DNA from: Patescibacteria group bacterium
GTDB taxonomy: Bacteria > Patescibacteriota > Dojkabacteria > JAKAPS01
Reading direction: 5' to 3'
DNA length: 64,000 nt
NCBI GenBank assembly: GCA_025450075.1
Contig: JANWIC010000011.1
Span: 902 to 64,901, forward strand
In this document: in pieces, positions 9,534 through 19,067 of the stretch
Layout of the letters: every line of letters begins with the position of its first letter
How positions within the stretch are numbered: position 1 is the first letter of the stretch
Made by a program: the position numbers and the translations under genes
Notes under the pieces: model-generated
What the model saw: the letters and a program-made list of their open reading frames with translations, nothing else
The model's database searches: none
Told to the model about the DNA's origin: nothing

Positions 9534-12068
9534 ATGGATGCAATAAAAAATACAGCTTTGAAAGACATTATCTCTAGTATTACAGACTCTTTAATCTCCT
9601 ATTTACTGCAAAACTCTAAAGATGTTTTGTATGTAAACATGCCACCAGTAAAAATTCCTGAGAAGTTTGAACGTTATATTACTATTGATGACAGGATCCC
9701 TTCAAAGAAATTTGATACCATTATTATAAATATGGATAAAGAAGTAAATGCCGAAAAGGTGGCAAAATATGTCAATAAATTTCAAAAGTATCTCCTTTTG
9801 GTGCATGGTAACAATCAATTTTTTGATCCGCGAAGTTATCCTGAAGTACGAATTGCAATTAGTACATCTCCAATAATTGAACACGTTCATACATTCACAA
9901 AATTAAGTGAAGGCTACAAAGAATTTCGAGATTCACAAGAGAAATTACAAAAATTTATCAAAGAGCATCATTTAAAACTTGGCATAATTGCACCAACGAC
10001 ACAGAATCAATTTGACCATATCCTCATTTTCCATGACAATAATTTAAAGGATCTCTTTATATCATATATTGAAAATGAAAAGAATGAAGATATTTTTCAC
10101 GAATTCTATTCCATGACCTTTTCCCAATATGCAAAGCATATTGACAGCAGGAATATTCGTTTCCAGAAAAATGCTTCCTACCTTATTAAACAATTACAAA
10201 CTGGAAGCAATAGTACCAAAAGAGGAATATCATCGATTTTTCATTCATTGCAATTACATTTGCCTATCATCATACAAAAGATGCGAGGGAAATCAAATGC
10301 AATTGGATCAAAATTACAAAAAGGAATTCAGACTATTTCTAAAGCAAGAACAAATATTCCAAAAGTAGAAAACAAAGAAAAACTCACCAATAAAAAACCT
10401 CATATGCAGTTAAAAACTGCAACTATACAAAAGGAGAAAGTATCGTCTCAATTGGACAAATTAAAAGTTACACTTTATCAAAGACAACACATTCCTATGG
10501 TGAAAACGATGTCATATGAATCATTTCTTGCAAGACAAAAAAAAGGATTTTTAGAACAATTACAGGAACGACGTTCTTTGCAAACTCTCAAACTACAACC
10601 GAAAGTATCCATACTTTTGGTTGTTGATGATATTGATGAAATTTGGTTAAACAAATCTGTTCGATCAATTAAAGACCAGACATATAAACACTGGGAACTG
10701 GTTATAGTTGATAATTGTTCTCCTAGGACATATTTGAAATCATATTTATCATCTTTAAATGATCCACGAATTAAAACCCATTTCTATAACACAAAAAAGA
10801 CATATGCAGAATGTCTTTCCCATGCATATAAAGTGGCGAAAGGTGAATATTTAGCAATTCTTCATGAAGGAGATGAATTGGATATCAATCTTCTATATCA
10901 TTTTGTTCGGGAAATCAACAAAGAATCGTCACTCGAGTTTATCTATTGTGATGAAGATGAAATTAATGAACAGGGAAAACGAGTTCATCCATTTATCAAA
11001 CCTGCTTGGGATAAAACTCTCATTCTATCTTATCCATATGCAAAAAATATATTTGTTGCAAAGCGGGAATTGCTTGAAAGGATAGATGGATTTAAAAACC
11101 TTGCTACAAAAGACCCGTTATGGGATATCATGATCAAAACAAGAAGTGCAACAAATAATATTGGCCATATCTCTAAAATCTTGTACCATAAACGCCATCG
11201 TCCACTCCAGTCAGGAACACCAAAACAGGTCTATCCTGATGCAATTAAACAATTTATGGCAAGAGAAACAATCCAGGGTGTTGTTAAAGAATCACAATAT
11301 CCGGGAAGCTTTTATATCATTGATAAGCAAGTACAAAATCCACAAGTGTCTTTAGTATTGATTGAGCAAAACCCTGACAACCTCGCAAAGTTTCTGGAGA
11401 ATTTCTCCTGTTCATACAATCAATTTGATATTCATGCCGTATTACCAGTAAATACCCAATTCTCAAACAAGGAAAACATCTATCTCCATTCATTCCAAGA
11501 TTTCTCATTTAGCAAAATTACACAACAAATTCTTCAAGAAAGTAATAGTGACTATCTGCTCTTCATCGACAGTAGGATTCGACCTGTTAATTCGGATTTT
11601 TTATCTATTATGCTTAGTTACAGTCAAAATCGTGCTATAGTTGGAACTAAAATCCTTGATCCGGATGACATGGTTATTCATTCGATGTATGTCCTCAATC
11701 TCCGAGAGGTTGTATCAAGTCTTTATGAAGGACAGATTGATCAAGGCCAATTTGATATATCAATCACACGAGAATGCAGTGCTGTTTCAAGAAAATGTAT
11801 GCTTGTACCAAAGGAATTTCTTCTTACTCATCAATTAGATGATGGATATACTTCATCATATGCTGATATTGATTTGTGTCTGCAGGCACAAAAAGATCAA
11901 ATTCCAGTTATATATACTCCTGATGCATATGCAAAAGCAATTTATGCTTATTCCAAAGAAAAGTTTCACGAGGCAGATACGGTCTATTTTATAAAGAAGT
12001 GGAAAGAAAAGTTAAAAGGAAATGATCCATTCATAGATATCTCCCGTTTCCTATCAATCAAAGCGTAG
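9534..12068 (+). CDS. Large multidomain glycosyltransferase: unknown N-terminal domain followed by two GT2 (GT-A) domains
   Basis: 844 aa. First GT2 signature VSILLVVDDIDEIWLNKSVRSIKDQTYKHWELVIVDNCSP. Second GT-A-like domain runs from about aa 600 (QVSLVLIEQNPDN... DDGYTSSYADIDLCLQ). The N-terminal 350 aa have no recognisable motif. Confidence 0.6.
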   Translation: MDAIKNTALKDIISSITDSLISYLLQNSKDVLYVNMPPVKIPEKFERYITIDDRIPSKKFDTIIINMDKEVNAEKVAKYVNKFQKYLLLVHGNNQFFDPRSYPEVRIAISTSPIIEHVHTFTKLSEGYKEFRDSQEKLQKFIKEHHLKLGIIAPTTQNQFDHILIFHDNNLKDLFISYIENEKNEDIFHEFYSMTFSQYAKHIDSRNIRFQKNASYLIKQLQTGSNSTKRGISSIFHSLQLHLPIIIQKMRGKSNAIGSKLQKGIQTISKARTNIPKVENKEKLTNKKPHMQLKTATIQKEKVSSQLDKLKVTLYQRQHIPMVKTMSYESFLARQKKGFLEQLQERRSLQTLKLQPKVSILLVVDDIDEIWLNKSVRSIKDQTYKHWELVIVDNCSPRTYLKSYLSSLNDPRIKTHFYNTKKTYAECLSHAYKVAKGEYLAILHEGDELDINLLYHFVREINKESSLEFIYCDEDEINEQGKRVHPFIKPAWDKTLILSYPYAKNIFVAKRELLERIDGFKNLATKDPLWDIMIKTRSATNNIGHISKILYHKRHRPLQSGTPKQVYPDAIKQFMARETIQGVVKESQYPGSFYIIDKQVQNPQVSLVLIEQNPDNLAKFLENFSCSYNQFDIHAVLPVNTQFSNKENIYLHSFQDFSFSKITQQILQESNSDYLLFIDSRIRPVNSDFLSIMLSYSQNRAIVGTKILDPDDMVIHSMYVLNLREVVSSLYEGQIDQGQFDISITRECSAVSRKCMLVPKEFLLTHQLDDGYTSSYADIDLCLQAQKDQIPVIYTPDAYAKAIYAYSKEKFHEADTVYFIKKWKEKLKGNDPFIDISRFLSIKA

Positions 12069-14570
12069 AGGCTGGTTAGGGAGTATCTGAGTTCTTCTTT
12101 CTTCATGATGTGAACGTTCTTCTTCAAAAAGAGGTGCAGAAACATTTTTTATCTCTTCATGTTTGAATTGATATGCTTTCATACTCCATTCCTTTATCCA
12201 TTCGTTTACATCTGCTTCAGGGGATGCATACATTGTTCTACTGTATCGCAATATTTCATCCCGAATATGTGTAGCAGCAAAAGGCATTTGGATACTTGCA
12301 GCACTAAATGGTTTTGATACAACTCCTTGTATCATCAGCTTCACATAGACCTCATATCTATCAAGACTCATAAGATCATTTGCTGATAGAATTGGAAGAA
12401 ATTCTCTTTCCAGCACTTGCGCATCTGGGGACCCGAGAACAAAGGTAATGAGCGTTCCAATATTTCCCATGATCGCATCTTTTACATGTTCTTCAAGTTG
12501 TGAAAGATGTTGATGTGCAAGAATTAAATCAAGACGATATTTCCTTGCCTCTGAAAGGATTTTTGTAAATACATCGGTTGCAAACACCTGGAATTCATCG
12601 ATATAGAGATAGAAATCCTCTCTCTGGCTTTCTAAAATACTTACCCTTGCCATTGCAGCCATTTGCATTTTTGTAATTACTAGGCTACCAAGAAGTGAAG
12701 CATTTTCTTCGCCAATTTTCCCTTGAGAAACGTTGCATAAGAATATTTTCTTCTTATTCATGATTTCATCAAAATCAATTTTGTTATGTGTTTGACCAAT
12801 AATATTCCGAAGCATCGGTGATGAAACAAATCGTCCAACTTTGTTTTGAATCGGGGTAATTGCCTCAGTTACTAATCTCGGATTTCTTTCCATATATGCA
12901 TATTCTTCATTCCAAAACTTTTGCAGTATCGGATCTGTTATATTGGAAACGACATATTGTCGATATCCTTTATCAGTAAGCATACGGGATATACCAAGAA
13001 GAGTTGCATCAGGAGTATATAAAAGACTTAATATGACATTATGTAAAATATATTCTAGACGTGGTCCCCATGAATCAAAATGTTTTTTAAATACTGCAAG
13101 GATGCTTGCTGCAATATATTCTCTCTGGGAAGGATGGTCAAATGCAAATATGTTTAAAGAGGCAGGATAAGCAGAATCAGATGGATCAAGCAAGACCACA
13201 TCTTCAACCCGTTCAGATGGAATATGTTCAAGTATTTCATCAATCAGGTCGCCATGAGGATCTATTACACCAACCCCATTACCGGCAAGGATGTCTTGCA
13301 AAATCATATTGCACAGCATTGTCGTCTTACCGCTCCCAGTTTTTCCAAGAAGATACATATGTTTCCTTCTATCTTCTTTCAAAATCCCAAACTGTTTCCC
13401 TCCGCCTCGGTAATTTGTCTGTGCTATGGTAAGCATATTATCTGTCGGCAAATTTAATGGTGGATCAGATCTTCTTGCTTTGAGCCAAATAATTTCTGGT
13501 GTTGTTATGTTTGCATGAGGAAGATGATAAAGTGTAGCAATTTCTGCACAACTGAAAATATCCTGCGCTTCAACATCCAAAAATCTAGTTTTATAATGGT
13601 CAAGCATTTGAGCAGTATATTTATCATTATCCTGTAATACTTTTAATGAATTAAGATGGAATGAATCAACTTGTTTCAGTGCATGAATTACATTTAACAG
13701 GTGTTCTTCAGCCCTCTTTACATCTTGAGATGAAGAAACAATACGAATAGTGCCAGCATAACCATGCTGATGGAATTTTTCTTCGATGGAGTGAATTTCC
13801 TCTTCTTGTGTCTTATCAAGCATCACATTAGATTTTACTTTCCAATGTCTTACTCCAAATATCCATTCATAGATCCTTGTTGTTACGGTAAAAATTGATA
13901 GCCCTGCTTTCCAACCGCTTTTTATTTTAGTCCCTTTTTGCCACGCGGTTAAGTATTCTTTCCCTGCTTTGTGCCAGCTATCATGTAGCGGCCTTATGAC
14001 AAACTGTATTCCCATAGAATCAAACTGCTCCATCCCACCTAATGAAGATGTGATTGATGAAAGTAAATCAACATGAAATTGTTCTCCTGTTTTTATTGGG
14101 AAAAGTGATTCTTTTTCCAATTCGATTTCTGCAGCCTTTATGGTCATTTGCATTTCTCCCCCCATATGCAAACCCTGGGCATAATCATCAACGACATTAA
14201 TCTCTGCTGAAGGATAATGTGCATACCATTGTCCTTCTATATAGTTTTTGTATTGCCGGGGACATACGATATACCATTGGATACCAAAAGGTGTAGCATA
14301 ATATTCACAACTCAAATGGACATAAGAATGTCTCTTTTTTCCCACTATGCTGTGCATAGATGAAAAAAGTTGTTGCGCTTGATCATAGGAAGAAAGATCC
14401 TGTTTCGGGACAAGAATTCGTAATACAACACAATCTTGTATTGTTTCCTCAATATTGTCGATATCAAGATCCCGATTGCGGATAATTTCAATAATTACCG
14501 ATACTGAGATGATAACAATAATTGCAATGATCCAACCAATGCCAAACTCTGGTATTGAAAAAAGAGGCAT
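12054..14570 (-). CDS. Membrane-anchored FtsK/HerA/VirD4-superfamily P-loop ATPase (type IV coupling protein-like, DUF87-like)
   Basis: 838 aa with an N-terminal TM helix and a roughly 400-aa domain without recognisable motifs. Walker A GKTGSGKTT followed by VIDPHGDL. Walker B FYLYIDEFQ. AHQHLSQL resembles the TQS..QL motif of TraD/VirD4/HerA ATPases. Confidence 0.55.
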   Translation of the reverse strand: MPLFSIPEFGIGWIIAIIVIISVSVIIEIIRNRDLDIDNIEETIQDCVVLRILVPKQDLSSYDQAQQLFSSMHSIVGKKRHSYVHLSCEYYATPFGIQWYIVCPRQYKNYIEGQWYAHYPSAEINVVDDYAQGLHMGGEMQMTIKAAEIELEKESLFPIKTGEQFHVDLLSSITSSLGGMEQFDSMGIQFVIRPLHDSWHKAGKEYLTAWQKGTKIKSGWKAGLSIFTVTTRIYEWIFGVRHWKVKSNVMLDKTQEEEIHSIEEKFHQHGYAGTIRIVSSSQDVKRAEEHLLNVIHALKQVDSFHLNSLKVLQDNDKYTAQMLDHYKTRFLDVEAQDIFSCAEIATLYHLPHANITTPEIIWLKARRSDPPLNLPTDNMLTIAQTNYRGGGKQFGILKEDRRKHMYLLGKTGSGKTTMLCNMILQDILAGNGVGVIDPHGDLIDEILEHIPSERVEDVVLLDPSDSAYPASLNIFAFDHPSQREYIAASILAVFKKHFDSWGPRLEYILHNVILSLLYTPDATLLGISRMLTDKGYRQYVVSNITDPILQKFWNEEYAYMERNPRLVTEAITPIQNKVGRFVSSPMLRNIIGQTHNKIDFDEIMNKKKIFLCNVSQGKIGEENASLLGSLVITKMQMAAMARVSILESQREDFYLYIDEFQVFATDVFTKILSEARKYRLDLILAHQHLSQLEEHVKDAIMGNIGTLITFVLGSPDAQVLEREFLPILSANDLMSLDRYEVYVKLMIQGVVSKPFSAASIQMPFAATHIRDEILRYSRTMYASPEADVNEWIKEWSMKAYQFKHEEIKNVSAPLFEEERSHHEERRTQILPNQPLRFD

Positions 14571-14603
14571 ACGTTACAAACATATATATATTGATTGTAA
14601 CGT
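14571..14603. repeat. Inverted repeat (9-bp arms ACGTTACAA / TTGTAACGT, 15-nt AT loop) between the ileS stop and the ATPase start codon
   Basis: Seen directly in sequence. On the minus strand it is followed by AUGCCUCUUUUUU, the start of the next gene. Confidence 0.4.
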
Positions 14604-14630
14604 ATGACCTCTATTTTTACAATTTTCTCT

Positions 14631-17624
14631 TTAAGAAAATGATACGTAGAGAATTTTATCATCCACTCCTATAGGTTTTCCTTGTTGTTCACCTGTTTCT
14701 TTAACAGAAGATGCATTCACTGCTTTTTGCAATATCATCGAATTTTTTGCTACAAGATCTGTTAGTTCCTGGTTATCAGAGAAATATACAAGATGTATCT
14801 TATCATCCATCTTCAAATTTTCATCTTTTCGCATACTTTGGATATATCGGATGATTTCCCTAAGCATTCCTTCCTCTTTCAATTCTGGCGTGATACGGGT
14901 ATCTAGAGTTACAAAAAGGTGCATTGCTTCTCCATCTTCAGATTGAGTAACAAATCCTTCAGCTACTTTGCCATTTTGAGAATATATAACTTCCTTTACA
15001 TTCAGCTCATCTTTAATGATTTCTTGCATATCTTCATCTTTGATCGGCACAATTGCACTTGCAAGTGGCTGTCGAACTTTCAGACTGTTTGTCACTCGGA
15101 TACTTTGACCAAGAGATGAAAGCTTCCGGACAATTGCCATGCTTTCCAAAATCTTTGTGTTGATTTCTTTTGTCGTATCTGGATAAAATTCAAGATGCAC
15201 TGATTCCTTAGCTTCTTTTAACCCTGCACCTACAACAAGATTTTGGTAAATCTCTTCAGTTAGAAAAGGCATTTGTGGAGCAAAAGTCTTTGCATATTGC
15301 ACCATTACGGCATAAAGTGTTTGCAAGGCATCAGTGTCTCCCTCAGCAAATCTTTCCCTTGATCTTCTGATAAACCAGCTTGAGATCCCATCGATCGCTT
15401 CCTGTGCAAGTTTTACAGATGAAGGTATATTATATGCTTCTAGTCTGGAAGCATATTCTTTACTTATCATAAGCATGTATTCTCTTACCCAAATATCAAG
15501 CGGATTAGAAGATGTATATGCAGTTGTTTTTGGAGTCCAGTTATGGACATTTGCATAAATCACCAGATATTTATATGTATTCCAGATAGGAAGCAAAACA
15601 TTTTTAATCTGTTCTTTCAAAAGTTCATCTGACCAGTTCATATCATCTCCAACCATGATAGGAGATCCCATCATATACAATCGGAGTGCTTCTCCTCCAA
15701 TATGCTCAAGCACTTCCTTCGGATCAGGATAGTTTCCATAAGATTTACTCATCTTTCTTCCATCATTTCCTGCAAGAACTCCTGTACAAATGACATTTTT
15801 AAATGCAGTATCATCAAATATGATAGTTGAAAGCCTGAGAAGCACATTAAACCATGCCCGAACTTGGCCAATATATTCAATGATATAGTCGGCAGGACCG
15901 GATTGTTCATACACTTCTTTGTTTTCAAATGGATAATGGTATTCTGCAAATGGGACAGATCCTGAATCCATCCAGCAGTCTAATACTTCAGGTACACGGT
16001 GATATTCCTTACCATCTTTTTTCAGAACTATCTTATCTCCCACATCTTTATGAAGATCGAAGGGTTTATTCTCAAAGAAATATGATACTTTTCCATTTAC
16101 TTCCTTCTTACTCACCTGGTCAGTATATGTCAATAACTCTGCAATACTGCCGATGACAATTTCATCTCCATCTTCATTTACCCAGATTGGCATGATTGTT
16201 GCCCAGAAACGGTTTCGGGAAATACACCAGTCTGGAGATGTCGCAACAGTTTGAGCAAATCTTCCATCTTTAATATATTCCGGTATCCAATTTAATTCCT
16301 GGTTCAATTCAAGCATTCTATCCTTGATCTTTTGAATATTGATAAAATATGCATCCTGTGCCATATATATCAATGGGTTTTCACCTCGATAAAACGGTAA
16401 CCTGTGTGTATAGGGAAGCGATCGAAGTAATCGCTCTTTTTGCTGCATATCTTCCGCAACGAGTGGAGAGGCATCTCGAAGATATATTCCTACCCATGGA
16501 TCCAAAGTCATTTTCCCTGCTTCATCAATATCCGGGATTGCACTTAATTCATGTTTCAATCCAAAATTGAAATCGACCTCTCCAAATGCAGGAGCTATAT
16601 GAAGGACTCCAGTTCCTTCATCAAGAACGACATCATCACTTATATAAACATGAAAATCATTTTCCTGTTTTTTGTCTTCAAAAAATGTATAAACTGGTTC
16701 ATAAGCCAGTCCATCAAGCTTTTTCCCTTTAAAAGTATCACATATCTGGACAGCCATATCAGGCTCAGTTCCAACCTCGTTATCATGTACACCAAATGTA
16801 TAAGCCACCCTGTCTTTGGCAACAATAAAGTATTCACCAATATATTTGACTAGGCAATAATCTGCTTTTTCATTTACTGCTAATGCAAAGTTTGCAGGAA
16901 TCGTCCAAGGAGTTGTAGTCCATGCGACCATATATACAGGCTCAGTTTTGTTGAAAGGATTCTTTTCCTGAAGTGGAAACTTCACAAAGACGCTGAGATC
17001 TTCAACATCTTTATAGTTATCAGCATCCATAGCAACTTCAAATTGAGATACTGGTGTTGATGTATCTGTCGAAAACATTGATACCCGCTTTCCTTTATAT
17101 ATAAGACCTTTATCATAGATCTGCTTAAATCCCCATATAACTGATTCCATATATTCAGTACTCATGGTGTAATATGCATGATCCATGTCTACCCATCTGC
17201 CTATTTTATCAATATACCATCGCCAATCTGATGTGCATGTTTTGATATATTCCTTACATGCATCAATATAAGCATCAACTCCAACCCTATTTTCAATTTC
17301 TGCACTGGATTTAATTCCTAATTTTTTATTCACTTTTTCCTCAATTGGTAATCCATGGCAATCCCACCCCCATACTCTTCTTACTTTCTTCCCTTTCATA
17401 GTCCAGTATCTGGGTATAACATCTTTTGCAATAGAAGGCAGTAATGATCCGTAATGAGGATTTCCTGTTACAAACGGTGGTCCGTCAACAAACTTATACC
17501 TGTCATCATCAGGTCTTTGGTCGACTGACTTTTGAAAGATATCATGTTCTTTCCAGAATGCTGTGATTCGATCTTCCATCTGGGGAAAATTAACACGTTC
17601 ATCCACTTTTTTAAATGCTGCCAT
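14631..17624 (-). CDS. ileS: Isoleucyl-tRNA synthetase
   Basis: About 1000 aa class I aaRS. GWDCHGLPIE (IleS-specific), KMSKS (KMSKSYGNYPDP) and a HIGH-region variant PHYGSL. The ORF track begins at a TTG at 17645; the ATG at 17624 (MAAFKKVDERVNFPQ...) is the likelier start. Confidence 0.85.
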   Translation of the reverse strand: MAAFKKVDERVNFPQMEDRITAFWKEHDIFQKSVDQRPDDDRYKFVDGPPFVTGNPHYGSLLPSIAKDVIPRYWTMKGKKVRRVWGWDCHGLPIEEKVNKKLGIKSSAEIENRVGVDAYIDACKEYIKTCTSDWRWYIDKIGRWVDMDHAYYTMSTEYMESVIWGFKQIYDKGLIYKGKRVSMFSTDTSTPVSQFEVAMDADNYKDVEDLSVFVKFPLQEKNPFNKTEPVYMVAWTTTPWTIPANFALAVNEKADYCLVKYIGEYFIVAKDRVAYTFGVHDNEVGTEPDMAVQICDTFKGKKLDGLAYEPVYTFFEDKKQENDFHVYISDDVVLDEGTGVLHIAPAFGEVDFNFGLKHELSAIPDIDEAGKMTLDPWVGIYLRDASPLVAEDMQQKERLLRSLPYTHRLPFYRGENPLIYMAQDAYFINIQKIKDRMLELNQELNWIPEYIKDGRFAQTVATSPDWCISRNRFWATIMPIWVNEDGDEIVIGSIAELLTYTDQVSKKEVNGKVSYFFENKPFDLHKDVGDKIVLKKDGKEYHRVPEVLDCWMDSGSVPFAEYHYPFENKEVYEQSGPADYIIEYIGQVRAWFNVLLRLSTIIFDDTAFKNVICTGVLAGNDGRKMSKSYGNYPDPKEVLEHIGGEALRLYMMGSPIMVGDDMNWSDELLKEQIKNVLLPIWNTYKYLVIYANVHNWTPKTTAYTSSNPLDIWVREYMLMISKEYASRLEAYNIPSSVKLAQEAIDGISSWFIRRSRERFAEGDTDALQTLYAVMVQYAKTFAPQMPFLTEEIYQNLVVGAGLKEAKESVHLEFYPDTTKEINTKILESMAIVRKLSSLGQSIRVTNSLKVRQPLASAIVPIKDEDMQEIIKDELNVKEVIYSQNGKVAEGFVTQSEDGEAMHLFVTLDTRITPELKEEGMLREIIRYIQSMRKDENLKMDDKIHLVYFSDNQELTDLVAKNSMILQKAVNASSVKETGEQQGKPIGVDDKILYVSFS

Positions 17625-17830
17625 AACTATATTGATAAAATACAAAAAAACACCCTTATCTCAGGGTGTTTTAAAACACGTACCGTCCTGTTTCGTCATA
17701 GAGTTTATGACCTTTTTTCGCTGTTTCGGGCTTACCCGTCCGGTTCTACTTAGCTTTTCTGCTTTTCTTCCGGCTCCTTGCTGCTGATAACAGCTTAATC
17801 GGATGGCATCATTATATACAAAATATGAAT
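17625..17830 (-). promoter_or_regulatory. Candidate T-box riboswitch leader of ileS (transcription attenuation type)
   Basis: Minus-strand RNA contains hairpin GCUG-UUAUCAG-CAGC with the Ile codon AUC followed by A in the terminal loop (AUC at 17786-17788). Stem III-like hairpin GUCAUA/UAUGAC. T-box-like AACAGGACGGUACGUG. The antiterminator (CAGG - 7-nt bulge ACGGUAC - GUGUU/AACAC - CCUG) has a 3' strand that is the 5' strand of the intrinsic terminator. Confidence 0.5.
17643..17672 (-). terminator. Leader intrinsic terminator (attenuator) upstream of ileS
   Basis: Minus strand: AACACCCUGAGAUAAGGGUGUU followed by UUUUUUU, about 20 nt before the ileS ATG. It overlaps the putative antiterminator. 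Confidence 0.55.
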
Positions 17831-17835
17831 AAATG

Positions 17836-18597
17836 TTAAGGGTGCGTGTCGAGAAACTTGCAGGCCATTTCCCAAACTTGCTCTCGATCTCCATCTACTG
17901 GAAGACTATGAGCAGAATGTTCGAAATATGCGATATATTTATCTTTGCTTGTTATCAGGCTATATAGCTCTTCTCCGCTTCCTTGAGGGATAATACCATC
18001 ATGTTTGCCTATCATAATGAGTAAAGCTCCGGAATATTCCTTTGCTTGTGAACGCACCATTTGTACAAGATGTAAAAAGTGCGGAAGTGCTTCAATCGGT
18101 ACATGCGGATATGATATGGTAGTAAATGGTGGAGCATATCCAGACGGATCTGTTCCACCTTCGATAACATACCATTTGATAAAATACCTTGCTACTGGGA
18201 TGATATACCAGCGCCATTCAGGTTTAAACATGGGGGGCGACATAACAACGACGGTCTTTGTCTTGTTCTTTATCCCGAGTAAAATACTAATCAACGATCC
18301 CATCGATTGCCCGATGATATATATGTCTTTGTATTTTTTTTGCAGTTCATCATATGATGCCTGGCTTTTATCTAACCAGTCTTTCCATGTTACTTTTTTC
18401 ATATCTTCTGGAATTGTACCATGTCCCGGTAAGAGAATTGCTGAAACTGCATACCCGTTCCGGAATAAATAATCAGCAAAACCTTTAAATTCACCTGCGC
18501 TTCCGCTAAACCCATGAATTAAAAGGACAGCCTTTTGACCGTCATTATGGAGTGTAAATGCTTCTGGATTGATATAGTAGTCGTCTTTTGTTTCCAT
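17836..18597 (-). CDS. Alpha/beta-hydrolase, carboxylesterase (Est/YvaK-like)
   Basis: 253 aa. LLIHGFSGS...GQSMGS (GxSxG nucleophile elbow). Size and motif spacing match the small carboxylesterase family. Confidence 0.65.
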   Translation of the reverse strand: METKDDYYINPEAFTLHNDGQKAVLLIHGFSGSAGEFKGFADYLFRNGYAVSAILLPGHGTIPEDMKKVTWKDWLDKSQASYDELQKKYKDIYIIGQSMGSLISILLGIKNKTKTVVVMSPPMFKPEWRWYIIPVARYFIKWYVIEGGTDPSGYAPPFTTISYPHVPIEALPHFLHLVQMVRSQAKEYSGALLIMIGKHDGIIPQGSGEELYSLITSKDKYIAYFEHSAHSLPVDGDREQVWEMACKFLDTHP

Positions 18598-18674
18598 AAG
18601 ATCACTCTAGCAAAGATCATATAATTATACCAGAGTTGTTTGACTTTCATTGGGTAAATCAATACAATCCATAT

Positions 18675-19067
18675 ATGCAAATACGTATCGAAACAATTTT
18701 TGTTTCTACAACCCCATATTATGCTCCACATATTGCACAATATATATATGACAAAAAGTCCGGGAAAAAAGCTTCAATAGGTGCGGGATTATCTAGAGGG
18801 AAACGAATTTCAAAAAGTTACCGAGAAGTCCTTGAGAAGCATCATATCCAATCCGTTCAAGATGTTGTATTGGTTTCTCCTGAATTATTAGCAAATGCAG
18901 AAAAGATAATAGTGTTTTGCGATAAAAATGCCTGTCCTTCATATTTTGCAAACTTTATTGAGAAAATCTTTTTTTTCCCTATTATTGAAGAAGCACATAC
19001 GAATACACAATGGGAAAATATGATTAATGAAATACAGGAATTTATTGAAGCACTATTCCAAGATTAA
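18675..19067 (+). CDS. Low-molecular-weight phosphatase / ArsC-fold-like protein with a degenerate (Cys to Ser) P-loop. Hypothetical.
   Basis: IETIFVSTTPYYAPHIAQ aligns to the V-C-x-G-N-x-C-R-S P-loop of LMW-PTPs but lacks the cysteines. The ORF track start at 18636 is likely too early. Confidence 0.3.
   Translation: MQIRIETIFVSTTPYYAPHIAQYIYDKKSGKKASIGAGLSRGKRISKSYREVLEKHHIQSVQDVVLVSPELLANAEKIIVFCDKNACPSYFANFIEKIFFFPIIEEAHTNTQWENMINEIQEFIEALFQD

Noticed and set aside
17745-17800. The minus-strand sequence CAAGGAGCCGGAAGAAAAGCAG resembles the SRP RNA domain IV motif (GGUCCGGAAGGAAGCAG).
   Set aside because: The helix closing the GGAA tetraloop does not pair (C-A mismatch). No complementary 3' strand exists for an SRP helix 8. 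The same region is better explained as part of the ileS T-box leader.
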